Below are positions 8,978 through 17,687 of a stretch of DNA of 32,000 nt, piece after piece. Source of the stretch: an uncultured Chloroflexia bacterium (GTDB lineage: Bacteria > Chloroflexota > Anaerolineae > Anaerolineales > Anaerolineaceae); NCBI GenBank assembly GCA_963704755.1, contig OY969938.1:3630001-3662000 (forward strand). Reading direction: 5' to 3'. The position numbers and the translations under genes were made by a program. The notes under the pieces were generated by a model that saw only the letters and a list, made by a program, of their open reading frames with translations, made no database searches and had not been told where the DNA came from. Numbering within the stretch: position 1 is the stretch's first letter; each line of letters starts with the position of its first letter.

Positions 8978-11215
8978 TCACCAACCCTGGTTTCCGTCAC
9001 CCAGGGAGAGCTGGAATTTATTTTTCGGTGCGTTATCGAGCAAGGCCGATTTAGCGGCGCCGCTGACCACCGTATTGGCCAGGCTGACCTGGCCGGACAG
9101 GTCGGAATGCAGGAACAGGCCGTCCGTGCCGGCGTTCTCGACCTGCACACCATCGAAAGTGATGTCATTGACCGCGTGGCTGCCCTCGATCTCGATGCCG
9201 CTGAAAGTGGCGTCCTGGATCAGCAAATTGCTCACTTGCAGCCCGCTGATGGGTCCCTGGTCGGCCCAGATTTTGAAGGCCCCGTGCTGTTCGTTGAACA
9301 TCGGGCCGCCGGCCCTGACCAGGGTGTTATTGGACACCACGGTCGTGCCGCCAAAGTCGTTGGAATTGAACTGCTGGGCCACCAAAATGCCCGGGTAAGT
9401 GACCACGTCAGCGCAGTAGTTGTTTTCGATCTTGTTATCGACGCCACCATAAATGGCCAGGCAGTTGGCCCGCCAGGGGATCTGGATGGTGTTGAAGCGA
9501 AAGACGTTGTTGGTGTTGACCGGGCTGCCTTGCGGCGACCAGGATGCCAGGGCGTCGTCGCCGGTGTTGCGGAAGTGGCTGTTTTCGACGATGGAGTTGC
9601 TGGTGCCATTGCAAAAGTTGACCCCATCGGCGAAGAGATCGCGAAAGCGGCTGTTGATAATCACCAGGCCATCGGTGGTACCGGGGCCAACCCAGTAGCC
9701 CACTTTGGTGTGCTCCACCCAGATATTTTCCAGGCGCGAACCGCTGCCGGCGCCGCCATTGAACCCATTTTCCGGCGATTTGTCGTCGCGGGTGATGGTT
9801 TCACCCAGGATGGCAAAATCGGCGAAACGGCAATTGCTGCCGGTACAATTGAAGCGGGCATACTTGCCGTGGAGGGTCGAGTACCACATCCCGGCTCCCT
9901 GGATGGTGACGTCGCTCACCTCGAATGGGGCGAGCTCGCTTTCGAACACACCCTCGGGGATCCACACGCCGGTGTGCTGTGCTTTGGCCTGGGCGATGCA
10001 TTTGCGAATGGCATCGCCGTCTTCTTTGCCATCATTAGGGACGGCGCCAAAATCGGTGATGGAGAGATAGCCATCCGGCTTGGTTTTAGGCGCATCCACC
10101 TGCTCCAGATCGACCAGGTCGATGACGTAATAAGCTGCCGTGTCGCCGGCATCGACCTGCAAGCGCACTGTCGCACCGGCTGGCAGATCGCCGGTCAGAG
10201 CGCGGGTTTCATCATAGAAATGGTGCGCGCCGCCGGCGGCCGGGGTGTTCAGGGTGTATTCCTCGCCGCCGTACGACCAGGAATATTTCGAGGTCATGGC
10301 CAATTTCTGGCGAAACTCGCCGTTGACATACAGGCTCAAAGTGGCGTCCAGGCCGGCGCCATCTTCTGAATCGGGAAGGATGTAGCGGACCACAATCGAA
10401 TTGGCCTGCTTCAGAGTGACAAATTCTACGTACTGGCCAGCGCCCTGCAATTGAACCGCACTGCGCCCGGAAGACTCGGACGCAAAGGTACCGAAGGTGC
10501 GATCCGGCTGGAGAATTTCGCCGTTCGTTTTGGCGGTTTCGGCTTCATATTCGTCCCAGGGAACGACGGCTCCCTGGACGTTGGCCGGCTCGGATGGGGT
10601 TGGCATCAGCGAAGCGGGTGTGGGCGTAGCTGTGGTCAAAAGCTGTCCTCCAATCGGTTCCAGGCTCCAGCGGGAAGTTGAGTCAGACGTATCGACCCGA
10701 TCATACCCCGGAACGCCGCTTTTAGCGAACAGGTACTGCCAGTTGTGCCAGACGTTGCGGATCAGGGTGGTGTTGGTAGCCGGGTCGGTATCCAGGGTCC
10801 AGCGCGGGCTCATCCAATCGGATTGAATGGGAATGACTTCGACGTAGTCCAGCAGGTGCTCGATGGCAAGGTAATTCCCGCTGGCGAGATTCTGGATGCG
10901 CTGGCTGCCCTGGTAATCTTGCACGCTCCACTGAAAGCGCAGATCGTTTTCGGAAAGGTCCCCCAGGCCAGCCTTGCCGTCTTCATCGAAGAGGTATTGG
11001 CCGGAGGCCTGGTTCTGAATGCGAACGATCCGGCCCGGCTCTAAAGCAATCCCTGCCAGGGCGGGTGAAGCCGTTTGTGGGGGAAGATCGGTCCTGGTGG
11101 GCTCCGGGGACGGCGTCACGGTTGAGAGCGGTGTGGCAGTGGGACTGATCGTGCACCCTGCCAGAATGACTAGAGTAAGAAGAAAACTCAGCGGTCCCTT
11201 CGAGAGCGAATGCAT
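8978..11215 (-). CDS. secreted lipoprotein glycanase: beta-trefoil (ricin/CBM13-like) + beta-sandwich + right-handed beta-helix, GH87 (alpha-1,3-glucanase/mycodextranase)-like
   Basis: Lipobox signal peptide (LVILAGC). A threefold repeat carries FQW / PRW / SRW motifs. A beta-sandwich-like segment (VVPWDEYEAETAKTNG...) follows. The beta-helix module begins ITDFGAVPNDGKEDGDAIRKCI and contains FADGVNF-x-NTGDDALA (D-x22-DD). Confidence 0.65.
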   Translation of the reverse strand: MHSLSKGPLSFLLTLVILAGCTISPTATPLSTVTPSPEPTRTDLPPQTASPALAGIALEPGRIVRIQNQASGQYLFDEDGKAGLGDLSENDLRFQWSVQDYQGSQRIQNLASGNYLAIEHLLDYVEVIPIQSDWMSPRWTLDTDPATNTTLIRNVWHNWQYLFAKSGVPGYDRVDTSDSTSRWSLEPIGGQLLTTATPTPASLMPTPSEPANVQGAVVPWDEYEAETAKTNGEILQPDRTFGTFASESSGRSAVQLQGAGQYVEFVTLKQANSIVVRYILPDSEDGAGLDATLSLYVNGEFRQKLAMTSKYSWSYGGEEYTLNTPAAGGAHHFYDETRALTGDLPAGATVRLQVDAGDTAAYYVIDLVDLEQVDAPKTKPDGYLSITDFGAVPNDGKEDGDAIRKCIAQAKAQHTGVWIPEGVFESELAPFEVSDVTIQGAGMWYSTLHGKYARFNCTGSNCRFADFAILGETITRDDKSPENGFNGGAGSGSRLENIWVEHTKVGYWVGPGTTDGLVIINSRFRDLFADGVNFCNGTSNSIVENSHFRNTGDDALASWSPQGSPVNTNNVFRFNTIQIPWRANCLAIYGGVDNKIENNYCADVVTYPGILVAQQFNSNDFGGTTVVSNNTLVRAGGPMFNEQHGAFKIWADQGPISGLQVSNLLIQDATFSGIEIEGSHAVNDITFDGVQVENAGTDGLFLHSDLSGQVSLANTVVSGAAKSALLDNAPKNKFQLSLGDGNQGW

Positions 11216-11218
11216 ATT

Positions 11219-12079
11219 TTAGAAGGTCAAGCCACCTTTCATGTGGCGTTGCAGGAAGACCGCTGCCACCAGAGGGGGGACCATGGCGATAAACGAACCG
11301 GCCATGAACAGGTTGAGCGGGTAATTGCGGGTCATGTTGTAGAGCCGCACCGAGATCGTCTGCAAGGATGGCTCACGCAAAACCAACAGCGGCAGGAGGA
11401 AATCACCCCAAAGGGCAATGAAAGAGAGCAAGCCAAGGACCAGCATGATTCCGGTCGAAAGCGGGATGGTGAATTGAAAAAAGAGGCGGAATTTCGAGGC
11501 ACCGTCTACCTGGGCTGCGTCATAGATATCCTTCGGAATGCTATCGAAGGCGCTCTTCAAGACCAGGATCATGAACGGATTGACCGCATAGGGCAGCCAT
11601 AAGCCCCAGAAAGAATTGATGAGGCTGACGTGGAAGATTGGTAAATCCGCCAGGGTGATGTAGAGCGGAACGAGGTAGGCAATGCGCGGGACGGTCATGG
11701 TGATGAACACAAGGGCCATGATGATCTTGTAACCGGCGGGTTTAAGGTTAGAAAGGAAGTAGGCTGCCAGCGTGGAAACGGTCAATTGGGCCAGGACACC
11801 GCCACCGGCAACCCAAAAAGTGTTGCCAAACATGGTGATCATCTTGAACTTGTTCCAGGCCTGGAGGTAATTATCCCATAATGGTTGGGCCGGCCAGAGG
11901 TTCACACCTGATTTTGTAATGGCCACACTTGTCTTCAAGCCGGCCGTAAAGGAATAGAAAAATGGGAAGATTACGATAATGCTGACCAGGGTTAAGATCA
12001 CCAGAAAAAAGCCCAGGATGAAGCGACCCTTCGGGGAGCGAGCCTCGATATTCGACATGATTCCGCGTGTAGTGGTCAT
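11219..12079 (-). CDS. carbohydrate ABC transporter permease (CUT1, MalG-like)
   Basis: 286 aa and multi-TM, with the EAA-loop motif DAAQVDGASKFRLFFQFTIPL. GGAG RBS upstream of the ATG at 12079. Confidence 0.9.
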   Translation of the reverse strand: MTTTRGIMSNIEARSPKGRFILGFFLVILTLVSIIVIFPFFYSFTAGLKTSVAITKSGVNLWPAQPLWDNYLQAWNKFKMITMFGNTFWVAGGGVLAQLTVSTLAAYFLSNLKPAGYKIIMALVFITMTVPRIAYLVPLYITLADLPIFHVSLINSFWGLWLPYAVNPFMILVLKSAFDSIPKDIYDAAQVDGASKFRLFFQFTIPLSTGIMLVLGLLSFIALWGDFLLPLLVLREPSLQTISVRLYNMTRNYPLNLFMAGSFIAMVPPLVAAVFLQRHMKGGLTF

Positions 12080-12097
12080 GGTTTTCTCCTGTGCGGG

Positions 12098-13024
12098 TTA
12101 GTTGGCCTTTTCCTTGCGGAAGGAAAGAATCAGGTAGATTACGGAAAAGATCGAGAGGATGACCAGCAGGGATACACTCCATGCCGAAGCCAGACCAAAG
12201 TCACTGTTCTGGAAGGCGGTGTTATACAGGCCTAACACAGGTGTAATCGAGTTATTCCCAGGCCCGCCGGCGGTAAGGATATACGGTTCGGTGAAAATTT
12301 GCCCGACCGTGACGATCTGCAAGATCAACATGATTTGCATGCGTGGCGCTATCAACGGCAGGGTAAGGTACCAGATCCGTTGCCAGGGGGTAAATCCATC
12401 CAATTCGGCCGCTTCATAGATCTCGATGGGAATTTCCTGCAAGGCCGAAAGGTAAATCAGGACGGACCCCCCGGCGCCTAACCAGGTCATGACCACGACC
12501 AGAGAGGGTTTCACCAGCAGGGGGTTTTGCAGCCAGAGCTGGCCATGCAGGCTGAGCGCTTTTAGAAAACTGTTGAGGACGCCGCTGTCGGGGGAATAGA
12601 TCTGGCGCCAGACCATCAATGCAATCGCAATCGGGATCAACGAAGGCAGATAAACCAAGGTTTGAAAAAACTTCCCCAGAGCGCGCAATTCGTTGATCAT
12701 CATCGAGAGGACCACCGGCACCATGAAGCCCATGACGATGCTCAACACCATAAACTCTAAAATATTTTTCCAGGCAATCCAGAATACCGGGTTTCCGAAC
12801 ATACGCACATAATTATGTAGTCCGATCCATTCGGCCGGCTTCCCTAGATTAACTTTTTGAAAACTATAGATTACAGTCGTAATCATGGGCCCAATAGTCA
12901 TGAAACCAAAGATCAACAACAGGGGAAGTACATAAATGTAAGCGGCCAGATGGCTTTTCCACTTAGCCTGGCTTTTTGCCTGCGCAGGAGTTCGTTTGCT
13001 CATGATTTCAGCCTGTAAGGTCAT
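12098..13024 (-). CDS. carbohydrate ABC transporter permease (CUT1, MalF-like)
   Basis: 308 aa and multi-TM, with the EAA-loop motif YEAAELDGFTPWQRIWYLTLPL. AAGGAG RBS 8 nt upstream of the ATG at 13024. Confidence 0.9.
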   Translation of the reverse strand: MTLQAEIMSKRTPAQAKSQAKWKSHLAAYIYVLPLLLIFGFMTIGPMITTVIYSFQKVNLGKPAEWIGLHNYVRMFGNPVFWIAWKNILEFMVLSIVMGFMVPVVLSMMINELRALGKFFQTLVYLPSLIPIAIALMVWRQIYSPDSGVLNSFLKALSLHGQLWLQNPLLVKPSLVVVMTWLGAGGSVLIYLSALQEIPIEIYEAAELDGFTPWQRIWYLTLPLIAPRMQIMLILQIVTVGQIFTEPYILTAGGPGNNSITPVLGLYNTAFQNSDFGLASAWSVSLLVILSIFSVIYLILSFRKEKAN

Positions 13025-13189
13025 TATGCGGGCTCCTTAATCCATCCTTACCTATTCTTTTGAAATTAGTCTCAACGGAAAAAAAATCCCCTCAATCACT
13101 TTTGGCCTTTTACTTGTTCGGTTAGAAAAAAGGGGTTTATTAAGCTTACAACAAAAATTTAAATTTTTTCCAGGTGGGCCAGGAATTCC

Positions 13190-13240
13190 CGAATTTGAGG
13201 CGTTTGCGGCGGATTCGTTCCCGTAAATGCCTCAAATTCG
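13190..13240. repeat. palindromic intergenic element, copy B (degenerate)
   Basis: CGAATTTGAGGC GTTTGCGGCGG...CCCGTAAAT GCCTCAAATTCG. The outer 12 bp are perfect. The inner arms are diverged versions of the GAGGTGTTTGCG arm seen in copies A and D. Confidence 0.6.
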
Positions 13241-13311
13241 AGTTTCTTGCTTACTCGGCTGTTGATACGGTCTTAAAAATAGAGACTTTTCCGTTTTCGA
13301 CGGGCAGTACT

Positions 13312-13362
13312 CCAGGATTTGGGTGCGTGGGCGGGCGAAGCCTGCCCACGCACCCATCCAGG
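13312..13362. repeat. palindromic intergenic element, copy C
   Basis: CCAGGATTTGGGTGCGTGGGC-GGGCGAAGCCT-GCCCACGCACCCATCCAGG. It shares GGATTTG..GTG..CGTGGGC with copy A. On the plus strand a T8 run follows at 13364-13371. Confidence 0.65.
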
Positions 13363-13413
13363 TATTTTTTTGTTAAAACGGGAGAATCAAATTAAATTAC
13401 GCCAGGGAGAAAG

Positions 13414-13445
13414 GAAGGGGTGGCATTTTTCAATGTCACCCCTTC
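13414..13445 (-). terminator. stem-loop just downstream of the SBP gene (terminator or mRNA-stabilising hairpin)
   Basis: GAAGGGGTG (13414-13422) pairs perfectly with CACCCCTTC (13437-13445). It sits about 20 nt after the SBP stop at 13464. On the minus strand it is followed by CTTTCTCC, a weak U-tract. Confidence 0.4.
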
Positions 13446-13463
13446 GTTATTTACGGAAAGAAA

Positions 13464-15014
13464 TTACTTTAGTTGATCGAGGACGTTCGTTTGGAAGGTG
13501 TCCGCAGCCTGTGTCAGTGTAGCGGCGACATCTGCATTCTGATCGGTCACAACCGTGCTCAAAACCGTGCCCATGGCCGTGTAGAAGTCCTGGCCGCTCA
13601 CCAGCGGTTCGGGCTGCAGTCCAATTTTGCCGGAGGTTACGGCATCCATGAAGAGTTTGTAGTTGTCAACGGGCAAATTGGCATATTCGGCTTCGACGGC
13701 TTCTTGGGCAGCTTCGTAGTCGCCAACGTAGAGCGGCAGCTCAGGGGTACCCACAACGACGGTCGGGTCGGTCTTGCCGGATTCGTAATTGGCCAGGATC
13801 TCGGAGGGGTCGAATTGGGTGAACAAGCGCCAGTACACGGCGGCTTCAACCTGATCGGCGGTCGCTTTGGAGCTGACCATGGCGATGTTACCACCGACGA
13901 GCGAGACACTCTTGCCATCCGCGCCACCCGCGGGTAATGGAGCGAAACCAAAGTCATCGATGGGGGCATCCGGGTAGGTCTGGCGCAGCCAGGTGAATTG
14001 GTCGCCGGCCATCACAACCATGGCGGCAGAACCGTTGGCCAGTGCAGCGCCATTGGTATCCCAGGCCAGGTTCTCGAGCGGCAGAACATCGTCTTTCCAG
14101 CGCAGATCGTGGATGAAGTTCAAGGTATCCAGCATGGGGCCGGTGGCGAAGTTCTGGGTATATTTGCCATCCGCTTCGGTGACGATCTGGTCGTTCTTGA
14201 GGCCAAAATTGTAGGCGATGGTGGTCAGGTGCCAGCCAGCGGCGCCACTGCCATCGGTGATGAAGCTCAAACCGGCGACGCCATTGTCGCGGTCGGTCAT
14301 TTTCTGAGCCATCGTGGCTAACTCGTCCCAGGTGGTGGGGGGATTATCGTAACCGGCAGCATTGAGCATTTTGATGTTATATGCCAGACCCATGGCATAA
14401 GCAAAACGCGGAATGCCGTAGTATTTCCCGTCTTTTTCAGAAATGTTGAGAATATCGGGGTTGAAGAGGGCGTCCAACTTTTGGTCTTTGATGAAGCTGG
14501 TCAGGTCTGCGGCAATGCCCTGATCGATCATCTGGTTGGGATCGGTCAAATAAACTTCAAAGAGCGTGGGGACCTGATCGCCGGCAACAAGCGCAGCAAA
14601 TGAATCAGGCGTATAAGCGTAGTCGGTTCCATCGATGGATACGTTGGGGTATTTTTCCTGGAAGCGTTTTACCTGTTCTTCCCAGGCTGCGACAGCGTCG
14701 GGGTTAGAATCGGCGGGTTTCTGAACGACAGTAATCGAAACCGGCCGGCCTCCCGCGATCTGGTCAGGCCAATTGATGACGGCTGGCAGTCCAGTGGATT
14801 CCGTTGCGGCCGGGGCTTCGGTAGGGGCAACGGCTGGGGCTTCGGTGGGGGCAGCGGCGACGGCTTCAGTCGGGACAGCGGTAGCGGCTTCTGTAGGGGC
14901 TGCGGCTGCGGGGGCCTGGGTGGCTGCTGGTGTTGTCGCACCGGCACATGCACTGAGCAGCAATGCGCCAAGCAAGGCAACATTCGCGAGCAAGACATAC
15001 GATTTGGTCTTCAT
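13464..15014 (-). CDS. extracellular solute-binding lipoprotein of the sugar ABC importer (family 1 SBP)
   Basis: 516 aa. It has a lipobox (LLLSACAG), then an Ala/Pro/Thr/Glu repeat linker, then an SBP-like body (e.g. AMVVMAGDQFTWL). AAAGGAGAAGG RBS. It is co-directional with the two permease genes. Confidence 0.9.
   Translation of the reverse strand: MKTKSYVLLANVALLGALLLSACAGATTPAATQAPAAAAPTEAATAVPTEAVAAAPTEAPAVAPTEAPAATESTGLPAVINWPDQIAGGRPVSITVVQKPADSNPDAVAAWEEQVKRFQEKYPNVSIDGTDYAYTPDSFAALVAGDQVPTLFEVYLTDPNQMIDQGIAADLTSFIKDQKLDALFNPDILNISEKDGKYYGIPRFAYAMGLAYNIKMLNAAGYDNPPTTWDELATMAQKMTDRDNGVAGLSFITDGSGAAGWHLTTIAYNFGLKNDQIVTEADGKYTQNFATGPMLDTLNFIHDLRWKDDVLPLENLAWDTNGAALANGSAAMVVMAGDQFTWLRQTYPDAPIDDFGFAPLPAGGADGKSVSLVGGNIAMVSSKATADQVEAAVYWRLFTQFDPSEILANYESGKTDPTVVVGTPELPLYVGDYEAAQEAVEAEYANLPVDNYKLFMDAVTSGKIGLQPEPLVSGQDFYTAMGTVLSTVVTDQNADVAATLTQAADTFQTNVLDQLK
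14806..14905 (-). repeat. in-frame tandem ~24-nt repeats encoding an 8-residue xxxxPTEA linker
   Basis: The DNA units GGGGCTTCGGTRGGGGC... repeat four times. In translation this gives AAAAPTEA ATAVPTEA VAAAPTEA PAVAPTEA directly after the lipobox. Confidence 0.7.
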
Positions 15015-15159
15015 TTGCTTCCTTCTCCTTTGAAAATTTGGGTCGATTATTTTTTTAGAAAAAGCGCATTCTGAAAAACCGACATTGCTACAGACGCTTT
15101 ATCTGTTTTGAGTATAGACACAAACAAAAAGAGTTGGGTCTAAACATAGTCTAATTATA

Positions 15160-15173
15160 GTTGAACGTTCAAC
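15160..15173. promoter_or_regulatory. operator O1: perfect 14-bp palindrome GTTGAACGTTCAAC in the divergent SBP/STAND intergenic region
   Basis: Perfect dyad with a central CG, as in LacI-family operators. It overlaps a possible promoter, TTGGGT (15134-15139) -16 nt- TATAGT (15156-15161). Confidence 0.6.
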
Positions 15174-15199
15174 AAATGTGTGCTATCATTTTCGTAAAT

Positions 15200-16588
15200 A
15201 TGGAACCAAATAATAAAAATCACCTTTCGGTACCCGGTCCCTGGGATGAGGAACACGTCAAGGCGCTCCTGCACTTTCCTCGTTTCCCAATCCGTTTAAT
15301 CCAACAGGAGCCCTGGCAAACCTGGATAGGGGAGCACGGGGGATTAAAGGCGGTTCTGGATTATTTGCAGGAGTATCCCTTTACACCCGGCCACCGGCGA
15401 ATGCTGGATGTGATTGTTGCCAATCCGGAAGCGGTCGCCGAGGTGTACGCCGACCGCTTGAACATCAGCCGGGCCACATATTTTTATAAATTACGCGAGA
15501 TGATTACCGAGGTTTTCCAGGCGCTCAACCATTGGGATTTTCCGCAGTTACCCCGTAATGAACCCCTGGCAAAACTAAAGAACAACCTTCCGGCGCCGCT
15601 CACCAGCCTGATTGGGGTGGAGGCAACCGTCGCCCAGCTCTCGCATTTGCTGCAGCAGGAGAATGTCCGGCTCTTGAGCCTGCTCGGGCCGGGGGGTATT
15701 GGAAAAACGCGTTTGAGCATCGAACTGGCCCGCAATCAGGATCTCGACTGTGCTTTCGTGGATCTCTCGGGGGTTACCGACCCAACTCACCTGCTGGCTG
15801 CCATCGCGGAGACCCTGGAATTGCATGCCGGCACACTTCTGGCCATCCAGAATGCCTTGCGAGACCACGAATTCCTGCTCGTTCTGGATAATTTCGAACA
15901 GATTTACCCGGCTCGCGGGACGATTCTTAATTTGCTTTCCTCCCTGCCGCAATTAAAAATTATCGTCACCAGCCGGATTGCGCTCAACTTGAACGGTGAA
16001 CACGAATTTGTGGTCCCACCTCTGGCCGTTTCCGGAAGCGAGAGCGCTGAAGATCAACAATTATGGGCTAAATCTCCGGCCGTTTTACTGTTTGTGCAGC
16101 GCGCACAGGCCATTTCCCCCGGTTTCACTCTCAACAATGACAATGGTGAAGATGTTGCCGAAATTTGCCAGCGGCTCGAAGGGCTGCCCCTGGCAATCGA
16201 ATTGGCTGCGTATCAGGTTAAATATCTCTCTCCCAAAGCAATGCTAACTCGCGTCAAGAATAATCGCCTGGCATTTTTCGACCTGAATGTGAAGAAAATG
16301 CCTCCCCAGCAGCAGTCGCTCCGCACGGTGTACGAATGGAGTTATCGCCTGCTGCCGCTGGGCGTTCAAAACCTGTTTCACCAGCTTGCGGCTTTGAACG
16401 GGGATTTCTCAATCGAAGAGGCCAAAACATGCTGCTCGTCAAAGAATCTGGAAAACGACCTCAATTTATTGGTAGACCATTCTTTGCTTGAGCAGCATGC
16501 GGATCGTAACGGAGAACCTCGTTTTCAAATGACCGGGATGACCCGCGAATATGCATCAGAACGTTTCCAATTTCAGCAAACGTCTTGA
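15200..16588 (+). CDS. STAND (NB-ARC-type) P-loop ATPase with N-terminal HTH-like domain and no C-terminal repeat domain
   Basis: Walker A GPGGIGKT, Walker B LLVLDNFE, IIVTSR and the NB-ARC hallmark LEGLPLAIELAA. The N-terminal roughly 120 aa contain an HTH-like segment, YADRLNISRATYFYKLREMI. The start is uncertain: the track starts at TTG 15161 inside the operator, and I prefer ATG 15200, which has no clear RBS. Confidence 0.7.
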   Translation: MEPNNKNHLSVPGPWDEEHVKALLHFPRFPIRLIQQEPWQTWIGEHGGLKAVLDYLQEYPFTPGHRRMLDVIVANPEAVAEVYADRLNISRATYFYKLREMITEVFQALNHWDFPQLPRNEPLAKLKNNLPAPLTSLIGVEATVAQLSHLLQQENVRLLSLLGPGGIGKTRLSIELARNQDLDCAFVDLSGVTDPTHLLAAIAETLELHAGTLLAIQNALRDHEFLLVLDNFEQIYPARGTILNLLSSLPQLKIIVTSRIALNLNGEHEFVVPPLAVSGSESAEDQQLWAKSPAVLLFVQRAQAISPGFTLNNDNGEDVAEICQRLEGLPLAIELAAYQVKYLSPKAMLTRVKNNRLAFFDLNVKKMPPQQQSLRTVYEWSYRLLPLGVQNLFHQLAALNGDFSIEEAKTCCSSKNLENDLNLLVDHSLLEQHADRNGEPRFQMTGMTREYASERFQFQQTS

Positions 16589-16613
16589 CAAAACGAAAGA
16601 ATTCCTAGAAAAT
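16585..16613 (+). promoter_or_regulatory. candidate sigma-70-type promoter of the LacI gene
   Basis: TTGACA (16585-16590), a 17-nt spacer, then GAAAAT (16608-16613). Operator O2 begins 4 nt downstream. Confidence 0.4.
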
Positions 16614-16616
16614 GGA

Positions 16617-16630
16617 GTTGAACGTTCAAC
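16617..16630. promoter_or_regulatory. operator O2: perfect palindrome GTTGAACGTTCAAC upstream of the LacI-family gene (autoregulation site)
   Basis: Identical to O1. It lies 15 nt upstream of the ATG at 16645. Confidence 0.6.
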
Positions 16631-16644
16631 ATAGGATAAAGAAT

Positions 16645-17649
16645 ATGAGTGTAACGATTATTGACGTCGCAAAAGAAGCCGGTGTATCCCGCACAACAGT
16701 CTCGAACGTTTTCAGCGGCAAAGACAAATGTTCCGAAAAGACGCGACAGGCCGTCCTGGCCGCTGCCAAAAATCTCGGCTATAAACCCAACCTGGCAGCC
16801 CGTTCGCTGATTACCAATCAATCCAAATTGATTGGCATGATCCTGCCTTCGTATGTCGATTCGAACACGCTGACCAACAGTCCTTTTTATAACATCATCA
16901 TGGATAGCGTTTACTCGGTTCTGCTTACAGAAGCTTTCTATGACCTGATTGTTTTTCCGGTTCATTACAAAGATAAATTGATCCAGGTGAGCGAATGGAT
17001 CGATTCGCGCAATGTCGATGGAATTATTGCCCTGGGCGAGTTCGATCAAAGCTTCTTGCGTGACCTGAAGTCGAAAGGCATCCCGGTTGTTCTGATCGAT
17101 AATTACGCGCAGGGGAGTTTCGAGAACTTCTCTTATGTCAATTCGGACGATGAAATGGGCGGGTACCTGGCCACGAAGCACCTGATTTCCAAGGGGTATC
17201 GAAATATCGCCCTTTGCGCGGTGGAATTGCACGGTTTCTTGATGCAAAAACGCTATCAGGGCTACAAACGAGCGATCAAGGAAGCAAAACTCAAAGAATA
17301 TCTCTTCGATAAAGGCGGAAATCCATTTGAGGCCGGGGTGCAATTTGCCGATATGATCCTTTCGCAGGAGATCGATGCTGCCTTCTGCACAGAAGATATG
17401 GTCGCGGTCGGCTTTTTACATGGATTGCTCAAGAAAGGCATCAAAGTGGGGCAGGAATTCGGCCTGGTCGGCTTCGATAACATCCTCATCGGCCACCAGG
17501 TGTTCCCGGAGTTGACCACAATCGACCAGAATATTTTCGAAAAAGGAGAAACGGCTACAAAAACCTTGTTGAAGATCTTGAACAAGACCAGTTCCCTGGG
17601 CAGCCGGTTGATCCTGCCGGTCAGTCTGATCGAAAGAGAGAGCACATAA
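16645..17649 (+). CDS. LacI-family transcriptional repressor
   Basis: The N-terminal HTH MSVTIIDVAKEAGVSRTTVSNVFSG is followed by a periplasmic-binding-protein-like sugar-binding core. I took the start at ATG 16645 (AGGA RBS). The track start at 16612 would lie inside the operator. Confidence 0.9.
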   Translation: MSVTIIDVAKEAGVSRTTVSNVFSGKDKCSEKTRQAVLAAAKNLGYKPNLAARSLITNQSKLIGMILPSYVDSNTLTNSPFYNIIMDSVYSVLLTEAFYDLIVFPVHYKDKLIQVSEWIDSRNVDGIIALGEFDQSFLRDLKSKGIPVVLIDNYAQGSFENFSYVNSDDEMGGYLATKHLISKGYRNIALCAVELHGFLMQKRYQGYKRAIKEAKLKEYLFDKGGNPFEAGVQFADMILSQEIDAAFCTEDMVAVGFLHGLLKKGIKVGQEFGLVGFDNILIGHQVFPELTTIDQNIFEKGETATKTLLKILNKTSSLGSRLILPVSLIEREST

Positions 17650-17673
17650 ATCTCTCTTTTTTTTAGTGGTTTT

Positions 17674-17687
17674 GTTGAACGCTCAAC
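17674..17687. promoter_or_regulatory. operator O3: GTTGAACGCTCAAC (13/14 match to O1/O2) upstream of the GH65-GH65-pgmB operon
   Basis: One substitution relative to the perfect palindrome. It lies about 105 nt upstream of the ATG at 17793. Confidence 0.55.

Noticed and set aside
8968-9168. N-terminal 67-codon extension of the P-loop ORF (track start 9168)
   Set aside because: It would overlap the 3' end of the glycanase gene by about 190 nt and is Arg/Cys/Pro/Ser-rich. The internal Met at 8967 lies 10 nt after the upstream stop and just before the Walker A motif.
8888-10369. 493-aa plus-strand ORF, plus several others, overlapping the glycanase gene
   Set aside because: It is antisense to a gene with clear domain content. 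Its translation is a low-complexity Gly/Ala/Val/Asp-rich string with no motifs, as expected for open antisense frames in GC-rich coding DNA.
13174-13395. 73-aa plus-strand ORF in the permease/SBP intergenic region
   Set aside because: It is made up largely of the two palindromic repeat elements read in frame. It has no RBS and is implausible as a protein.
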